24,740 nucleotides of DNA from IMG/VR virus record IMGVR_UViG_648276671_000014. One strand, written 5' to 3'. Below are positions 16,630 to 24,740 of this stretch, piece after piece (position 1 is the first letter of the stretch; each line of letters opens with the position of its first letter). Source of the DNA: a virus. Its lineage: Duplodnaviria; Heunggongvirae; Uroviricota; Caudoviricetes. The notes beneath the pieces are model-generated. The model had not been told where the DNA came from. It saw nothing but the letters and a program-made list of their open reading frames with translations, and ran no database searches. A program made the translations under genes and the position numbers.

Positions 16630-16832
16630 TGAAAGTGCGTGCGCATCAGTATGACACGGTGGACGCGCTTTGCTGGCGTCATTACGGGCGCACGCAGGGT
16701 GTCACGGAGCAGGTACTGAAGGCAAATCCGGGGCTTGCCGAATACGGCCCCTTTTTACCTCACGGGTTGCAGGTGGAGCTGCCGGACATACCGACAACCA
16801 CCACCGTGCAGACCGTCCAGCTATGGGACTGA
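16629..16832 (+). CDS. X: Tail protein X (67 aa, LysM-like)
   Basis: YGRTQGV.E.VL.ANPGLAE...LPHG..VELPD closely parallels P2 X; same length. Confidence 0.85.
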   Translation: MKVRAHQYDTVDALCWRHYGRTQGVTEQVLKANPGLAEYGPFLPHGLQVELPDIPTTTTVQTVQLWD

Positions 16833-16835
16833 ATT

Positions 16836-17051
16836 ATGACGCTTGAGCGAATCAGCGCCTTTATCACGTATTGCATCGCCGTCGTGCTGGCCTGGCTGGG
16901 CGATTTGTCCATCAAGGATGCCTCAACGCTGGGCGGCCTGATGATTGGTGTGCTGATGCTGGCTATCAACTGGTACTACAAACACAAAGCCTACCAGCTT
17001 CTGCGTGACGGGCAGATCTCGCGGGAGGACTATGAATCCATCAATCGTTAA
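16836..17051 (+). CDS. Y: Holin (71 aa, two predicted transmembrane segments)
   Basis: Two hydrophobic helices and a charged C-terminus, immediately upstream of the endolysin. Confidence 0.7.
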   Translation: MTLERISAFITYCIAVVLAWLGDLSIKDASTLGGLMIGVLMLAINWYYKHKAYQLLRDGQISREDYESINR

Positions 17052-17547
17052 ACGCTGCCTTGTCGGAGCCGTGCTGGCTATTGCTGCCACGCTGCCGGGT
17101 TTTCAGCAGCTTCACACCTCCGTGGAGGGGCTGAAACTGATTGCCGATTACGAAGGCTGTCGTCTGCAGCCGTATCAGTGCAGCGCGGGTGTCTGGACCG
17201 ACGGCATTGGTAATACATCGGGCGTCATTCCCGGCAAAACAATCACGGAACGACAGGCAGCAGAAGGGCTGATCTCAAACGTGCTACGTGTGGAGCGGGC
17301 GCTGGAAAGATGTGTGAAGCAACAGCCGCCACAAAAGGTGTATGACGCGGTGGTGTCGTTTGCCTTCAACGTGGGGACGGGCAATGCCTGCAGTTCCACG
17401 CTGGTGAAGTTACTCAATCAGCGGCGCTGGGCGGATGCGTGCCGACAGTTGCCGCGCTGGGTTTATGTGAAAGGTGTGTTTAATCAGGGGCTGGATAATC
17501 GCCGTGCGCGGGAGATGGCCTGGTGCCTTAAAGGAACTGGACTATGA
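17032..17547 (+). CDS. K: SAR-type endolysin (T4-lysozyme-like), 171 aa from ATG 17032
   Basis: N-terminal weakly hydrophobic signal-anchor (LVGAVLAIAATLPGF) followed by a lysozyme-like domain; GGGAGG Shine-Dalgarno. Confidence 0.8.
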   Translation: MNPSIVKRCLVGAVLAIAATLPGFQQLHTSVEGLKLIADYEGCRLQPYQCSAGVWTDGIGNTSGVIPGKTITERQAAEGLISNVLRVERALERCVKQQPPQKVYDAVVSFAFNVGTGNACSSTLVKLLNQRRWADACRQLPRWVYVKGVFNQGLDNRRAREMAWCLKGTGL

Positions 17548-17971
17548 CGCGTGCGCTGGCAGTAGTGGTGGCGCTGGCACTCGTTGCGCTGGGCTGGCAG
17601 TCGTGGCGGCTTAACAGCGCCAGCCACACCATCGAAACGCAGCGCGCGGCGCTGAAAAGTAAAGCGCAAGAACTGACAAAGAAAACAGCCAGCTGATCGG
17701 TCTGTCCATTCTGGCTGAAACCAACAACCGGGAGCAGGCGCGGCTCTACGCCGAAGCAGAACAGACCAGCGCACTGCTGAGACAACGACAACGCCGGATC
17801 GAGGAACTGAAACGTGAGAACGAGGATTTACGCCGCTGGGCTGATACTCCTTTGCCTGCTGACATTATCCGGCTGCGGGAACGTCCGGCACTCACCGGAG
17901 GTGCAGCTTACCGTCAGTGGTTGTCCGCGAGTGACGCCGTGTCGGCTGGAGCAGGCAGCGCCGCGCACTAA
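17544..17971 (+). pseudogene. lysB: lysB (Rz-like i-spanin) with a frame change between 17663 and 17693
   Basis: N-terminal membrane-anchor part reads in one frame to a stop at 17694-17696; the coiled-coil C-terminal part reads in another frame from 17663 to TAA 17969-17971 with no start codon of its own. Confidence 0.5.
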
Positions 17972-18104
17972 CGGTGATCTGAACGCATTGCTGGATGAAA
18001 CGGAGGCCGCCTGGGCGGTCTGTGCAGACAAAGTGGACATGATTATTGCGTGTCAGGAGCGAAACAGTGAACAAACCACAGTCCCTGCGTCACGCCCTCA
18101 ATAA
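17814..18104 (+). CDS. lysC: lysC (Rz1-like o-spanin lipoprotein, 96 aa), embedded in and extending past lysB
   Basis: GTG start; signal peptide plus lipobox LTLSGC; length matches P2 LysC. Confidence 0.65.
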   Translation: MRTRIYAAGLILLCLLTLSGCGNVRHSPEVQLTVSGCPRVTPCRLEQAAPRTNGDLNALLDETEAAWAVCADKVDMIIACQERNSEQTTVPASRPQ

Positions 18105-18498
18105 AGCAGTGCCTTATGTCCGCAATAACCCGGACAAACTGCATCTGTTTGTGGATAACGGTTCGCTGGTTGCCACGGGGGCCAGCTCTATGTCGTGGGA
18201 GTACCGTTACACCCTGAACGCGGTGATTGAAGATTTCAGCGGCGACCAGAATCTGCTGATGGCCCCGGTTTTGCTGTGGCTGCGGGATAACCAGCCCGAT
18301 GCCATCAATAACCCGGCGTTACGGGAAAAGCTATTCACCTTTGAGGTGGATATTCTGCGCAACGATGTCTGTGATATCAGCCTTAACCTGCAACTGACGG
18401 AGCGTGTGCTGGTCAGCACTGACGGCAGTGTGTCGAACGTTGAAGCGGTAGCGGAACCTGATGAACCTGAAGAAATGTGGACGGTGAAACGTGGCTGA
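18067..18498 (+). CDS. R: Tail completion protein gpR (143 aa from GTG 18067)
   Basis: AGGAG Shine-Dalgarno 7 nt before the GTG; position and size as P2 R. Confidence 0.8.
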   Translation: MNKPQSLRHALNKAVPYVRNNPDKLHLFVDNGSLVATGASSMSWEYRYTLNAVIEDFSGDQNLLMAPVLLWLRDNQPDAINNPALREKLFTFEVDILRNDVCDISLNLQLTERVLVSTDGSVSNVEAVAEPDEPEEMWTVKRG

Positions 18499-18937
18499 AT
18501 TGCAGAAGGTGGACGACTGGCTGAGTGCCTTGCTGGTGAATCTGGAGCCAGCCGCAAGAAGCCGTATGATGCGCCAACTGGCGCAGGAACTGCGCAGGAC
18601 ACAACAGAAGAACATCAGGATGCAGCGCAATCCAGATGGCAGTAGTTATGAACCGCGACGGGTAACAGCACGCAGTAAAAAGGGGCGTATCAAACGTCAG
18701 ATGTTTGCAAAGCTGCGCACCACAAAATACCTGAAAACTGCCGCCAGCGCCGATTCTGCCAGCGTACAGTTTGAAGGTAAGGTACAGCGCATTGCCCGTG
18801 TTCACCATTACGGTCTGCGTGATCGCGTAAATAAAAAAGGTTTAATCGCGAAATATCCGCAACGTACTTTATTGGGCTTATCTTATAAAACAGAAGAAAA
18901 TATTATTATGAGCATAAAGGAGGAGCTATCAAAATAA
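18491..18937 (+). CDS. S: Tail completion protein gpS (148 aa); last 25 or so codons lie in AT-rich DNA
   Basis: GTG start overlapping the R stop; position and size as P2 S. Confidence 0.8.
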   Translation: MAELQKVDDWLSALLVNLEPAARSRMMRQLAQELRRTQQKNIRMQRNPDGSSYEPRRVTARSKKGRIKRQMFAKLRTTKYLKTAASADSASVQFEGKVQRIARVHHYGLRDRVNKKGLIAKYPQRTLLGLSYKTEENIIMSIKEELSK

Positions 18938-18977
18938 AGACGAGGAGGTTTAAATAACCCTCTCGTCTTTTGTTTTT
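18938..18977 (+). terminator. Rho-independent terminator after S (AGACGAG stem / CTCGTCT then TTTGTTTTT)
   Basis: Hairpin with a 7-bp perfect core plus a T-rich tail, directly after the S stop. Confidence 0.55.
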
Positions 18978-19203
18978 ATCCATAAGCCAGCTCCTGTGGA
19001 GATGGCGATTGATTAGCTGTTCATGTAAGAGTTAAATAGAGCTGAGATTTTTTGTGTATCCGTAACTGGATCAGTCGATGAGCCTTGTCTGATATAAAAC
19101 ATATTCTCAAAGTCGCAAATTTGACCTGTGCTCTGAATAGTTATCTTGAGTATGTGTAAGCCATTGTAAGAGCAAAACTCAATATTCTTAAGTATCTGCT
19201 GTT

Positions 19204-20787
19204 TTAGAGTTTCAGTGAAATCGTATCCTTGTATTTTTGTTTTATTAACATAAAGTAATCATCAATGCTACCAGAGACTAACATTGCTTCATGATCAATT
19301 CCGTTTATATAGAACCCATTGAACTCAATTGAATTTACTCCATATAAATGTTGAATTCTATCTGCGGTTAATTTATTTTCGGCAATACCAACTAAAATAT
19401 AGCCTTTTGCGCTTTTTCCAATATTATTTATTGCTACGCAAGTTTGTAATATTCCTTTTAAACATTCATCATCAAATTCATTTTTACCTGATAAATTAAA
19501 GAACCCCTGTTTGAAATCATAACTTGGTTGTTCAGTTCTAGAATTTGTTAATAGATTGCGAATTTCAGTTACCCAAGCATGATTCACATACTTTTGAGGA
19601 GCAGGTTGGAAGTAGCGACTTATTAATGCAACAAGATCATTAACACTTTTTTCACGAGTGCTTGCAGCCCAGCGGCCACCATCGGTAACCATAATTATGG
19701 TATTGCCAGTGTTTTTTAATTGCGAGAATAAACCTTCTTTATCAATTAATTGCATATTTTGGTTGAAAAGAAGTTCATAAATAGACAAAAACACAGCTTG
19801 ATAATAACGAGGGCATTCTTGAGATGAATTATCCTCCCCTAAAATATGGCTTCTAAAAGTATCATTTTTTCCGTCATATAGGCTTGTAATTAATTCATAT
19901 ACAGCTATGAAATTCTGCTTAATAGTGGCAGCGTTATTGGTTTGAATGAAAGACTCTAATTGCTGTCTGACACCATGAGCATGAGAGGAGTTTCCTTGAC
20001 CATAGAATGTGTCGAGAGAAGTTGACCCAGATGTGGGTTTTTCTTCTAGACTGATATATGCAAGGATATTGGCTATCAATTCCTCGTCATCAGAATCACG
20101 AATACTTCGTCTTGTTAAAATATGATGTTTTATATAAAAGTGGTTATCGATATTTACCCCGTACTCCAATCTATCGTTACTGATTGAAATTTTGTGCATT
20201 TGCTGGAGATTCATAATGTCAGAATGGCTAGTATCACCTCTGATCGATGTTGATATCGATCTGACCAGTTCAGAGAAGTTACTAACTGTTCCTGCACTAC
20301 GTAATTCTTGTTTGGATAAAATCTTCCCGTTTGAGTTTATTCGTCTGAATACTTCGTCAATATTTTCATTTGTGGAGCTATATTCTGATATTGCAAATCG
20401 ATAACGTGCAATAATTGCTGAAGAATCACGGGAAAGAATTGGTTCTTTCTGAATTAAAGTTCCATTATCTTTAAGTTGTTTTGTTAAAGCTATAGAGTCC
20501 AAATCAAAATATTGTCCATCTAATGAAAATCTCTGTTCGATGAAGCTCATAATTGCTTCTAATCTTTGCATTCCATCCAATATTTCTCTTTGTTCATTGA
20601 TGGTAACAAATAATAATAACGGAATAGGATATTGTTGCAGCATAGAAGATATTAAAGAAGTCTTTTCTTCTAGAGACCATACAAGTTTCCTTTGATAACG
20701 TCTATTGACTATCAAATTTCCTTGCAAATACCATTCGTATAATTGCTCGGTAGTCCTTGAGTCAATATCAAGATTTTCATTTGGCAT
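19204..20787 (-). CDS. DUF262 (ParB/Srx-like, DGQQR-type) domain protein, 527 aa, with an unassigned C-terminal half
   Basis: AAGGAG Shine-Dalgarno 7 nt before ATG 20787; N-terminal motifs NRRYQRKLVW and DGMQRL match the DUF262 signature; no DUF1524-type EHI.P motif seen; strongly AT-rich and opposite in orientation to the flanking late genes. Confidence 0.8.
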   Translation of the reverse strand: MPNENLDIDSRTTEQLYEWYLQGNLIVNRRYQRKLVWSLEEKTSLISSMLQQYPIPLLLFVTINEQREILDGMQRLEAIMSFIEQRFSLDGQYFDLDSIALTKQLKDNGTLIQKEPILSRDSSAIIARYRFAISEYSSTNENIDEVFRRINSNGKILSKQELRSAGTVSNFSELVRSISTSIRGDTSHSDIMNLQQMHKISISNDRLEYGVNIDNHFYIKHHILTRRSIRDSDDEELIANILAYISLEEKPTSGSTSLDTFYGQGNSSHAHGVRQQLESFIQTNNAATIKQNFIAVYELITSLYDGKNDTFRSHILGEDNSSQECPRYYQAVFLSIYELLFNQNMQLIDKEGLFSQLKNTGNTIIMVTDGGRWAASTREKSVNDLVALISRYFQPAPQKYVNHAWVTEIRNLLTNSRTEQPSYDFKQGFFNLSGKNEFDDECLKGILQTCVAINNIGKSAKGYILVGIAENKLTADRIQHLYGVNSIEFNGFYINGIDHEAMLVSGSIDDYFMLIKQKYKDTISLKL

Positions 20788-21001
20788 AATTTTTCTCCTT
20801 GTTAGATTGAACTTATATATTGTCAATAAACATCTTTTGTGTCAAAGATTACATAGTAACTGCCTAAATTAATTGGCTTTTAATAATTAAAGACGTAGCT
20901 TTCAAGTGCTTTTTTAAGAGCATTGAACTTCTTAACTTGCGCAACGTCATTCGACCTTTTGCAACGTATTAATGCTCTAACGCAGACCATTGAAAGGCAT
21001 T

Positions 21002-21019
21002 TGTTCTATGTCTAATACA
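21002..21019. promoter_or_regulatory. Late-activator dyad TGT-N12-ACA upstream of V
   Basis: TGTTCTATGTCTAATACA read directly; spacing to the V ATG is shorter than expected, so the assignment is tentative. Confidence 0.35.
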
Positions 21020-21065
21020 ATAACAAAGGCTGTCTACTGCTTGCTATTGATGGCAACCTTTCCCT

Positions 21066-21644
21066 ATGAACGCACAATTAACCGAAATCATGCGCCTTAT
21101 CACCAACCTGATCCGCACTGGTGTAGTCACCGAAGTGGACCGGGAGAATTGGCTTTGCCGGGTGAAAACGGGCGACCTTGAAACTAACTGGATCAGTTGG
21201 CTGACGCTGCGCGCGGGTAATGCCCGGACATGGTGGCGACCATCGGAAGGTGAGCAGGTGGTGCTGCTGAGTCTGGGCGGAAATCTGGAAACCGCCTTTG
21301 CGTTGCCCGCCATCTATTCGAATCAGTTCGCTCCACCGTCGACATCAGCGGATGCCTGCGTGACAGAGCATCCTGACGGCGGCTGGTTTGAATATGAACC
21401 CGCCACCGGGCGCTGGTTTGTCAGGGGCATCAAATCAATGGTCATTGAGACCGCTGACAATATCACCCTGAAAACCAGTGAGTTTGTGCTGGAGGCTGAC
21501 CGCACGCGTATTAACAGCGAAGTATTGATCAATGGTGGCGTTACCCAGGGCGGCGGTGCGATGAGTTCTAACGGGATCGTGGTTGATGCGCATCAGCATA
21601 CTGGCGTCCTGAAAGGCGGCGATACAACCGGAGGCCCGGTATGA
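21066..21644 (+). CDS. V: Baseplate spike protein gpV (192 aa)
   Basis: Motifs IRTG.V.E.D, WL.WLT.RAG..RTWW.PS.GEQV and the C-terminal SSNG...H.H.G parallel P2 V. Confidence 0.9.
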   Translation: MNAQLTEIMRLITNLIRTGVVTEVDRENWLCRVKTGDLETNWISWLTLRAGNARTWWRPSEGEQVVLLSLGGNLETAFALPAIYSNQFAPPSTSADACVTEHPDGGWFEYEPATGRWFVRGIKSMVIETADNITLKTSEFVLEADRTRINSEVLINGGVTQGGGAMSSNGIVVDAHQHTGVLKGGDTTGGPV

Positions 21645-22000
21645 CGCTTTATAGCGGGATGAACAATACCAGCGGCAAAGTCATTACTGATATTGATCAT
21701 CTGCGCCAGTCGGTGCGGGACATTCTGCTGACACCGCAGGGTAGCCGTATTGCCCGCCGGGAATATGGTTCCCTCCTGTCGGTTTTAATAGATCAGCCAC
21801 AAAATCCGGCATTACGCCTGCAGGTCATGTCGGCAGTGTATGTGGCGCTGAGTCGCTGGGAGCCACGGCTGACGCTGGATTCCATCACCATCAACAGCAA
21901 CTTTGACGGTTCTATGGTGGTGGAGCTGACCGGGCGGCGGAATAACGGTGTGCCTGTGTCCCTTTCCGTATCAACAGGAGCAGAGAATGGCAGTGATTGA
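21641..22000 (+). CDS. W: Baseplate protein gpW (119 aa)
   Basis: Position between V and J, size as P2 W; start overlaps the V stop. Confidence 0.85.
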   Translation: MTLYSGMNNTSGKVITDIDHLRQSVRDILLTPQGSRIARREYGSLLSVLIDQPQNPALRLQVMSAVYVALSRWEPRLTLDSITINSNFDGSMVVELTGRRNNGVPVSLSVSTGAENGSD

Positions 22001-22895
22001 CCTTTCGCAGTTGCCTGCACCGCAGATTGTGGATGTGCCGGACTTTGAGACGCTGCTTGCCGAACGCAAGGCAGAATTTGTGGCGCTTCATCCGAAAGAT
22101 GAGCAGGAAGCCGTGATCCGCACGCTGGAACTGGAATCTGAACCCGTCACTAAATTGTTGCAGGAGAACGCTTACCGTGAGTTGCTTCTGCGCCAGCGCA
22201 TTAACGAAGCCGCGCAGGCGGTGATGGTGGCTTACGCGATGGGCGGCGATCTTGACCAGCTCGCTGCCAACTACAACGTGACACGCCTGACGGTGACGCC
22301 TGCTGATAATGATGCTGTGCCGCCCGTTGCAGCTGTGATGGAAAGCGATGAAGCGTTACGCCTGCGTGTGCCTGCAGCCTTTGAAGGGCTTTCTGTTGCG
22401 GGGCCAACTGCAGCTTATGAATTTCATGCCCGAAGCGCCGACGGTCGGGTGGCGGATGCCAGTGCAACCAGCCCGGCACCTGCAGTGGTGGTGCTGACTG
22501 TCCTTAGCCGCGAAGGCGATGGAACTGCAGAAAAAGACCTGCTGGACGTGGTGGAAAAAGCTCTGAACAGTGAGAACGTCCGCCCGGTGGCTGACCGTCT
22601 GACGGTTCGCAGCGCAGAAATCATCCCGTATCGCGTGGAAGCCACCATTTTTCTCTATCCGGGACCGGAAGCAGAGCCGGTAATGGCAGCGGCAAAAGCC
22701 AGCCTGCAGAAGTACATCGCCAGTCAGACGCGTCTTGGTCGGGATATTCGCCGTAGCGCCATCTTTGCCGCCCTGCATGTTGAGGGTGTGCAGCGTGTGG
22801 AGCTGGCGTCTCCTCTGGCGGATGTGGTCCTGAACAAAACACAGGCGGCATCATGTACGCAGTGGAGCGTGACCAACGGAGGAACGGATGAATAG
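21987..22895 (+). CDS. J: Baseplate assembly protein gpJ (302 aa from ATG 21987)
   Basis: AGGAG Shine-Dalgarno; extensive similarity to remembered P2 J (DLSQLPAP, LESEPV.KLL.ENAYRELL.RQR.NEAA, RLGRDIR.SAI.AALHVEGVQRVELA.PLAD.VLN). Confidence 0.9.
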   Translation: MAVIDLSQLPAPQIVDVPDFETLLAERKAEFVALHPKDEQEAVIRTLELESEPVTKLLQENAYRELLLRQRINEAAQAVMVAYAMGGDLDQLAANYNVTRLTVTPADNDAVPPVAAVMESDEALRLRVPAAFEGLSVAGPTAAYEFHARSADGRVADASATSPAPAVVVLTVLSREGDGTAEKDLLDVVEKALNSENVRPVADRLTVRSAEIIPYRVEATIFLYPGPEAEPVMAAAKASLQKYIASQTRLGRDIRRSAIFAALHVEGVQRVELASPLADVVLNKTQAASCTQWSVTNGGTDE

Positions 22896-23493
22896 TCTGC
22901 TGCCACCGGGGTCAACTTCACTGGAGCGCCGACTGGCGCAAACCTGTAGCGGGATTTCTGATCTGCAGGTGCCGCTGCGTGACTTGTGGAATCCGGCTAC
23001 CTGTCCGGTCAGCTTCCTACCTTATCTCGCCTGGGCGTTCTCTGTGGATCGCTGGGACGAGGGCTGGACAGAAAGCGTCAAACGCCAGGTAGTGAAGGAT
23101 GCTTTTTATATTCATCAGCATAAAGGAACCACCAGTGCCGTGCGGCGGGTGGTGGAACCGTTCGGATTCCTGATCCGCATTATTGAGTGGTGGCAGACCG
23201 GAGAAACACCGGGCACGTTTCGCCTGGATATCGGCGTGCAGGACCAGGGCATCACTGAAGATACCTATCTGGAACTTGAGCGGCTGATAAGCGATGCCAA
23301 ACCATGTAGCCGTCACATGATCGGCATGTCCATCAATCTGCAGACCAGCGGTCCGCATTGGGTGGGGGCCGCCAGCTATCTTGGCGAAGAAATCACGATC
23401 TATCCGTATATCAACGAAACAATTATTTCTGGCGGCACCGCGCATGAAGGCGGGGCGGTCCATGTTATTGACACAATGAGAGTGAATCCATGA
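22888..23493 (+). CDS. I: Baseplate / tail-fibre attachment protein gpI (201 aa)
   Basis: LLP.GS..LERRLAQT..GISDL.VPLRDLWNP.TCPV..LP.LAWAFSVDRWDE.W parallels P2 I. Confidence 0.9.
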   Translation: MNSLLPPGSTSLERRLAQTCSGISDLQVPLRDLWNPATCPVSFLPYLAWAFSVDRWDEGWTESVKRQVVKDAFYIHQHKGTTSAVRRVVEPFGFLIRIIEWWQTGETPGTFRLDIGVQDQGITEDTYLELERLISDAKPCSRHMIGMSINLQTSGPHWVGAASYLGEEITIYPYINETIISGGTAHEGGAVHVIDTMRVNP

Positions 23494-24740
23494 GCACAAA
23501 ATTTTATACCCTGCTGACGGATATTGGCGCGGCGAAACTTGCCAGCGCCGCCGCGCTCGGTGTGCCGCTAAAAATTACCCATATGGCGGTCGGCGATGGC
23601 GGCGGAGTATTGCCAACGCCAGACTCAAAGCAGACTGCACTGGTAAATGAGAAACGCCGGGCTGCGCTGAATATGCTCTATATCGACCCGCAGAACAGCA
23701 GCCAGATTATTGCCGAACAGGTGATCCCTGAAAACGAGGGCGGTTGGTGGATACGTGAAGTGGGCTTGTTTGATGAGTCCGGGGCATTGATTGCCGTGGG
23801 CAACTGCCCGGAAAGCTATAAGCCGCAACTGGCTGAAGGTAGCGGGCGCACTCAGACCGTGCGCATGGTGCTGATTACCAGCAGCACGGACAATATCACC
23901 CTGAAAATCGACCCTGCCGTAGTGCTGGCAACCCGCAAGTATGTGGATGACAAGGCACTGGAGCTGAAGGTGTACGCGGATGATCAGATGGCAAAACATC
24001 TTGCCGCACCGGACCCGCATTCACAGTATGCACCCAAAGAAAGTCCGACGTTTACCGGGACACCCAAAGCGCCAACGCCAGCCGCAGGGAATAACACCAC
24101 GCAGATTGCGACCACCGCGTTTGTTCAGGCGGCTCTGACGGCTCTTATTAATGGTGCGCCAGCCACGCTGGACACGCTGAAAGAAATAGCCGCAGCCATT
24201 AACAATGATCCGAAATTCAGTACCACCATTAACAATGCGCTGGCACTGAAAGCGCCGCTGTCGAGTCCGGCACTCACCGGAACGCCAACCGCACCTACTG
24301 CGGCACAGTCGGTCAACAATACACAGATTGCCACCACGGCATTTGTGAAGTCGGCGATTGCGGCAATGGTGGGTTCTGCACCTGCGGCACTGGATACACT
24401 GAACGAACTGGCGGCAGCGCTGGGGAATGACCCGAACTTTGCCACGACAATGCTTAATGCGCTGGCAGGTAAACAACCGCTGGACAATACGCTGACTAAT
24501 TTGAGTGGAAAGGATGTAGCTGGTCTTCTCACATACCTTGGTTTGGGAGAAGGTTCGGCATTACCCGTTGGGGTGCCTGTTCCGTGGCCTTCAGCCACTC
24601 CGCCAACAGGCTGGCTGAAATGCAATGGTGCGGCTTTTTCTGCTGAAGAATACCCGGAACTGACAAAGGCTTACCCGACTAATAAATTGCCTGATTTACG
24701 CGGTGAATTTATTCGTGGCTGGGATGACGGCGGGGATTGA
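23490..24740 (+). CDS. H: Tail fibre protein gpH (416 aa); stop codon is the last three bases of the window
   Basis: N-terminus (..TMAVGDGGG, ESYKP.LAEGSGR.QT.RMV) parallels P2 H; contains two copies of a repeated module (NNTQIATTAFV ... LDTL.E.AAA..NDP.F). Confidence 0.85.
   Translation: MSTKFYTLLTDIGAAKLASAAALGVPLKITHMAVGDGGGVLPTPDSKQTALVNEKRRAALNMLYIDPQNSSQIIAEQVIPENEGGWWIREVGLFDESGALIAVGNCPESYKPQLAEGSGRTQTVRMVLITSSTDNITLKIDPAVVLATRKYVDDKALELKVYADDQMAKHLAAPDPHSQYAPKESPTFTGTPKAPTPAAGNNTTQIATTAFVQAALTALINGAPATLDTLKEIAAAINNDPKFSTTINNALALKAPLSSPALTGTPTAPTAAQSVNNTQIATTAFVKSAIAAMVGSAPAALDTLNELAAALGNDPNFATTMLNALAGKQPLDNTLTNLSGKDVAGLLTYLGLGEGSALPVGVPVPWPSATPPTGWLKCNGAAFSAEEYPELTKAYPTNKLPDLRGEFIRGWDDGGD

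Noticed and set aside
19204-20787. Walker-A-like string A-I-N-N-I-G-K-S near the C-terminus of the DUF262 protein
   Set aside because: Isolated match to a short pattern with no downstream Walker B region; likely chance.
22356-22778. Minus-strand ORFs inside J (and 24021-24625 inside H)
   Set aside because: Shadow ORFs in GC-rich coding sequence.
1-24740. CRISPR arrays, reverse transcriptase/retron, transposase or IS elements
   Set aside because: No regularly spaced repeats, no ORF with a YADD-type RT motif and no terminal inverted repeats flanking a transposase-like ORF were found; the only tandem repeat is coding (in O).

Overview
The window is most of a P2/186-family (Peduovirus-like) enterobacterial prophage, running from the integrase to the tail-fibre gene. 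All calls rest on reading the sequence and ORF translations by eye against remembered family features; no database search was run. The backbone is: int and a 186-type lysogeny switch (cI leftward; apl and cII rightward), early genes including a TraR-like zinc finger, a Dam-like methyltransferase and the A replicase, then an SOS-controlled tum/dinI-like pair. After a cos-like site come portal Q and terminase P (leftward), then O-N-M-L-X-Y-K-lysB/lysC-R-S and V-W-J-I-H (rightward). Three AT-rich cargo islands interrupt this backbone and are the main candidates for something new: (1) 8.1-9.45 kb, a small operon whose membrane protein is split by a frameshift in poly-T tracts; (2) 9.5-10.5 kb, between cos and Q, a promoter, a tRNA-like element and hairpin, and a 249-aa ORF with a HEPN-type motif; (3) 18.9-21.0 kb, between S and V, a 527-aa leftward ORF with a DUF262/ParB-like N-terminal domain and an unassigned C-terminal half. 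The lysB (Rz) gene also looks frameshifted.
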